Shown here one piece after another: positions 60,685 through 64,000 of a stretch of 64,000 nucleotides of DNA. Source of the DNA: Pseudomonadota bacterium (lineage in GTDB: Bacteria; Myxococcota_A; UBA796; JAFGLY01); the NCBI GenBank assembly GCA_043814015.1, contig JBDRKM010000157.1:7010-71009 (forward strand). Direction: 5' to 3'. The notes beneath the pieces were generated by a model. It worked only from the letters and a program-made list of their open reading frames with translations. It did no database searches and was not told where the DNA came from. Each line of letters begins with the position of its first letter. The stretch's first letter is position 1. Position numbers and translations under genes: made by a program.

Positions 60685-62061
60685 TCAGCGCGCCCCGCCC
60701 TCCGGCAGCAGGGCGTAGAGATCCCCGATGGGTTCGGAGTGGCCCACGAAGCTGCCGCGGGTCCAGCCGAGGTCCCAGACCACCCGCCCAGCCGGGGTGA
60801 TCTCCCGGATGCGCTGGGCCGTGCCGAGGTTGTGCAGGGTGTTGCCCCCCTCCAGACGCCAGGCCTCGCCCAGCTCGGCGCCGTAGATGCCCTCGTCTTC
60901 GCCGAACGCCCAGACCTGGCGCAGGGTGCTCGTGCCCTCATCAAGGGCGTACTCCCGCACGGCGGTCTCATCGGTGTGCTCGGCCACCCGGGTGGAGACC
61001 AGCAGGGTGCCGGCGGCGGTCAGCGCGGCGCCGTGCTGCCACCAGAAGGCGCTCTCCTCCGGGTCGAAGGCCCAGGCGCCGGGAAGCTGGCCGAACCAGC
61101 GCAGGGTCTCGCCCGTCGAAGCGTCGATCTGGGCCACGGTGTCGGTCGAGAAGAAGGAGAAGAGGAAGGTGTCGGTGGCGGCGTCCCACAGCAGCGTGTT
61201 GGCCGCGCAGGGCTGGAGCGAGCCGACCTGCTGGTGCAGGCTGGCGCAGGACCACAGCGCCTCCTGGCTGCCGTCGGGGTGCAGCAGCATGAGGTTCTCC
61301 GTCATACCGTCGGCCGCGGCCCAGGCGACGGTGCCGTCGCCGAGCTCGGTCAGGCCGTGGTGCAGGCCGGGGGTGTCGTAGAGGGCCAGCTCTTCACCGT
61401 CGAGCCCGACGCGCTGGACCTGGGAGGCGGCCCCGCCGTCGAAGATGCCCCAGAAGCTGTTGTGGTCGATGAGCAGGCCCTGGCTGTCCAGGGCCACGCG
61501 GGGGCTCATGGTGCGACGGTTGACGGGCGAGGCCAGGGCCCAGACCACCGCGCCGGCGCGGTCCACGAGGACGGTCCAGCAGGCGTCCGGGTCGGGCGCG
61601 TCCTCGCGGGAGTCGGTGGACAGCAGCAGGTAGTGCATCTCCGGATCTTCGGCGTCGGCCTCGCGGTGCAGCAGGGCCGGGGCGGGCAGGCCGGTGGGCA
61701 GCGGGGCGGTGGCGATGGTGAGGACCTCGGAGATGAGCGCCCCTTCTCCGCAGTCCTCCTCCAGGCGCAGCGCGACGGTGGCGCCGTAGGGCAGGCCCAC
61801 CACCAGCTGGCCGCGATCCCCGACCTCACGCTCCACTTCGGGGCCGCGCCGCCAGTCGCCGCCCTCGACGCGCGCGGCCACGGCGCCGCGGCAGGCCTCA
61901 CGCTGCTCCCAGGTGACCCGCACCAGGCTGCCGATCACCTCGTCCACCGCGGCCGAGAGATCCGCCACCGGCGGCCCGGGCGGGGCGGTGTCCGTGTCGT
62001 CGGGCTGGACGGCGGGGCCGCAGCGGCCGGCCAGCAGGAGCAGGGCGGGGGCGGGGCGCAC
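60685..62061 (-). CDS. Arylsulfotransferase-like beta-propeller exported protein
   Basis: HH, AN, QH motifs; L.GGNTL, IREITPAGRVVW. Confidence 0.65.
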   Translation of the reverse strand: MRPAPALLLLAGRCGPAVQPDDTDTAPPGPPVADLSAAVDEVIGSLVRVTWEQREACRGAVAARVEGGDWRRGPEVEREVGDRGQLVVGLPYGATVALRLEEDCGEGALISEVLTIATAPLPTGLPAPALLHREADAEDPEMHYLLLSTDSREDAPDPDACWTVLVDRAGAVVWALASPVNRRTMSPRVALDSQGLLIDHNSFWGIFDGGAASQVQRVGLDGEELALYDTPGLHHGLTELGDGTVAWAAADGMTENLMLLHPDGSQEALWSCASLHQQVGSLQPCAANTLLWDAATDTFLFSFFSTDTVAQIDASTGETLRWFGQLPGAWAFDPEESAFWWQHGAALTAAGTLLVSTRVAEHTDETAVREYALDEGTSTLRQVWAFGEDEGIYGAELGEAWRLEGGNTLHNLGTAQRIREITPAGRVVWDLGWTRGSFVGHSEPIGDLYALLPEGGAR

Positions 62062-62064
62062 GGC

Positions 62065-62631
62065 CTACTTCCACCCCAGCCGTTCGCCGCGGGACAGGCG
62101 CGCGATGGCCTCGTCCAGGCGGCGCAGGCGGGTGGGCTCGCGCTTGGCCTGGGTGATCCAGCCGACATACTGGCGGCGATGGGAGGGGGGCAGGGCGGCG
62201 AAGGCGGCGGCGGCCTCGGGCGCGGCCTGCAGGCGGGCGTCGAGCTCGGGAGGCAGGAGCTCGGGCGGGCGGGGCGGCTCCACCACGGGCGCATCGAGGG
62301 CATGACCCACCACGGCCAGGCCAGCCGGGGTCATGCGGCCCTCCGCCACCAGCGCCTTCAGGCGGCGGCGGTTGCTGACCGACCACTTGGCGGTGTTGGT
62401 GCGCGGGGTGAACTTCTGCAGGTAGGCGCGCTCGTCCAGGCGGCGCACGATGCTGTCGATCCAGCCGTAGCAGAGGGCCTCCTGCACGGCCTCCTCGTAG
62501 CGCACGCCGGGCTCGCCGGTGTGCTTCTTGTTGAACCGCAGCCAGATCACGCGCGCGCTGGCGTGGTGCTCTTGCAGCCACGCGCGCCAGGCGGCGCGGT
62601 CGGGGCAGGCGATGGTGGGGAGATCCTCCAT
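62065..62631 (-). CDS. YdeI/OmpD-associated family protein
   Basis: WRAWL, EALCYGWIDS, FTPR...WS..N, WITQAKREPTRLRR. Confidence 0.9.
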   Translation of the reverse strand: MEDLPTIACPDRAAWRAWLQEHHASARVIWLRFNKKHTGEPGVRYEEAVQEALCYGWIDSIVRRLDERAYLQKFTPRTNTAKWSVSNRRRLKALVAEGRMTPAGLAVVGHALDAPVVEPPRPPELLPPELDARLQAAPEAAAAFAALPPSHRRQYVGWITQAKREPTRLRRLDEAIARLSRGERLGWK

Positions 62632-62782
62632 GTGTGCTCCTCCTGGGCCCTTCTCCTATCGCACGCGGGGGCGGACTTCGCGTGTGCTTTTTTCCGCGCC
62701 CCCTCTCGCGACCCCCCGCCCGCCGCCATAGGCTGCCGGCCCGCGTCCGCTCACGGGCGCCGGCCACCCCCCGGGAGCCACC

Positions 62783-63277
62783 ATGGCAGACACCCCCCGC
62801 GTCGCGGCCAACAAGGTCGTCTTCATGCACTACACCCTGCGCAACAGCGAGGGGGCCGAGATCGACAGCTCCCGCGGCGGGCAGCCCATGCCCTACCTGC
62901 AGGGGGCCGGCGCCATCGTGCCCGGGCTGGAGCGCCAGATGGAGGGCAGGGCCCTGGGGGAGCGCTTCGAGGCGGTGGTGCCCCCCGCGGAGGGCTACGG
63001 CGTGCGCGAGGCCCAGCCCATGCCCGTGCCGCGCGAGCACCTGCCCGCGGATGTGGAGCTGGCCCCCGGCATGCAGCTGATGGGCGAGGACGACAACGGC
63101 CACCGGTTCCCCATCTGGGTCGCCAAGGTCGAGGGCGACACGGTCTGGATGGATCTGGAGCACCCCCTGGTCGACGTCACCCTGCACTTCGACATCGAGA
63201 TCGTCAGCCTGCGCGACGCCTCCGAGGAGGAGATCGCGCACGGGCACCCGCACCTGCCGGGGATGCACCACCACTAG
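62783..63277 (+). CDS. slyD: FKBP-type peptidyl-prolyl isomerase SlyD
   Basis: HYTL, IVPGLE, AEGYG, HPL...LHFDIEIV..RDASEEEIAHGH.H...HHH. Confidence 0.9.
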   Translation: MADTPRVAANKVVFMHYTLRNSEGAEIDSSRGGQPMPYLQGAGAIVPGLERQMEGRALGERFEAVVPPAEGYGVREAQPMPVPREHLPADVELAPGMQLMGEDDNGHRFPIWVAKVEGDTVWMDLEHPLVDVTLHFDIEIVSLRDASEEEIAHGHPHLPGMHHH

Positions 63278-63312
63278 GTGCGGTTCAGCCCCACATCGGG
63301 CACACTGCCCGC

Positions 63313-64000
63313 GTGATCCCCCTCGCCGCCATCGCCCTGTTCCTCGCGCCCGCCCCCTCGCGGGCCGACACGGGGCTGGTGCCCTCGGACCTGCCACCCT
63401 GGGACGGCCCGCCCGAGGACGGGGCCTTCGCCGGGGCGCCCCGCGGTCGGGTGACGCTGACCCCTGATCGGTTCCCGGCGCACACCAAGGTCACCCTCGA
63501 CTACCTCTACACCGCGGGCCCCGGGGGCCTGGATCCGGGCGACGGAGTCCGTATCGAGGACCCGATCCTGCACGGGATGCGCTGGGCCAAGTACGGGGTG
63601 AGCCAGCTGTCGGCGGCGGCCTGCACGCCCCTGGCGGAGGAGGGGGCGGCCTCGATCTCGCTGGTCAGCGTGTCCTCCGACAGCGCGGCGGTCCTGGGCC
63701 TCGCGCGCAGCGTCGAGGGCGGCGACATCCACGCCTACGGCTACACCGACGTCTGGATCGAGGCGGGTCGCCTGGAGGAGGGCGAGCAGCTGCGCGTGCG
63801 CTTCGGCGACCCAGCCGAGCACCCCGACTGCGGCCACCAGACGCCGGATCGGGCGTTCTCCGCGGTGGCCTGGCGGGCCTTCGAGGCCGCGGGCGGCGCG
63901 CTCGTGGCGCTCGACGCGCCCAGCTTCGACGTGCTGGCCCAGCCCGAGCCCGTGGCGCTGCACGCCGTGCTGCCCTCCTACGTGGCGGCGGGCGAGCCCG
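63313..64000 (+). CDS. Secreted protein, partial (runs off the window); possibly DUF3604-like N-terminus
   Basis: GTG start, signal IPLAAIALFLAPAPSRA; YTAGPGGLDPGDGVRI; open to the window end and not listed in the ORF track. Confidence 0.6.
   Translation, partial: MIPLAAIALFLAPAPSRADTGLVPSDLPPWDGPPEDGAFAGAPRGRVTLTPDRFPAHTKVTLDYLYTAGPGGLDPGDGVRIEDPILHGMRWAKYGVSQLSAAACTPLAEEGAASISLVSVSSDSAAVLGLARSVEGGDIHAYGYTDVWIEAGRLEEGEQLRVRFGDPAEHPDCGHQTPDRAFSAVAWRAFEAAGGALVALDAPSFDVLAQPEPVALHAVLPSYVAAGEP

Overview
Very GC-rich bacterial DNA (about 70% or more by eye). The gene content points to a Myxococcota-like organism (inference): many lipoproteins, MYXO-CTERM-like tails, TSP3 repeats, choice-of-anchor-D Ig domains, CotH and FGE-fold proteins. 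There are about 49 CDSs; no rRNA, tRNA or CRISPR array was seen. Housekeeping genes are nth, valS, tyrS, slyD and larE. Accessory content: (i) a large Ig-repeat surface protein and a fibre-like lipoprotein with a compositionally foreign beta-helix segment; (ii) an IS1634-like remnant interrupted by an IS1111-type IS110 element whose downstream non-coding region holds readable target and donor guide matches (candidate bridge/seekRNA); (iii) five radical SAM genes within about 11.5 kb, including a B12-dependent enzyme fused to a lipoprotein signal plus Ig domain, and a SPASM enzyme beside a Cys-rich exported candidate substrate and a shortened duplicate of it; (iv) a P-loop ATPase/TPR gene pair; (v) a tightly coupled operon with two tandem [barrel-OmpA + TSP3/MYXO-CTERM] pairs and a CotH kinase, resembling a rearranged TraAB system; (vi) a PemK/MazF toxin-antitoxin locus, an orphan Dam-like methylase and a SNF2 protein with unusual terminal domains. 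Three single-base frameshifts in otherwise intact genes are probably sequencing errors. All assignments come from motif recognition by eye; no database searches were run.
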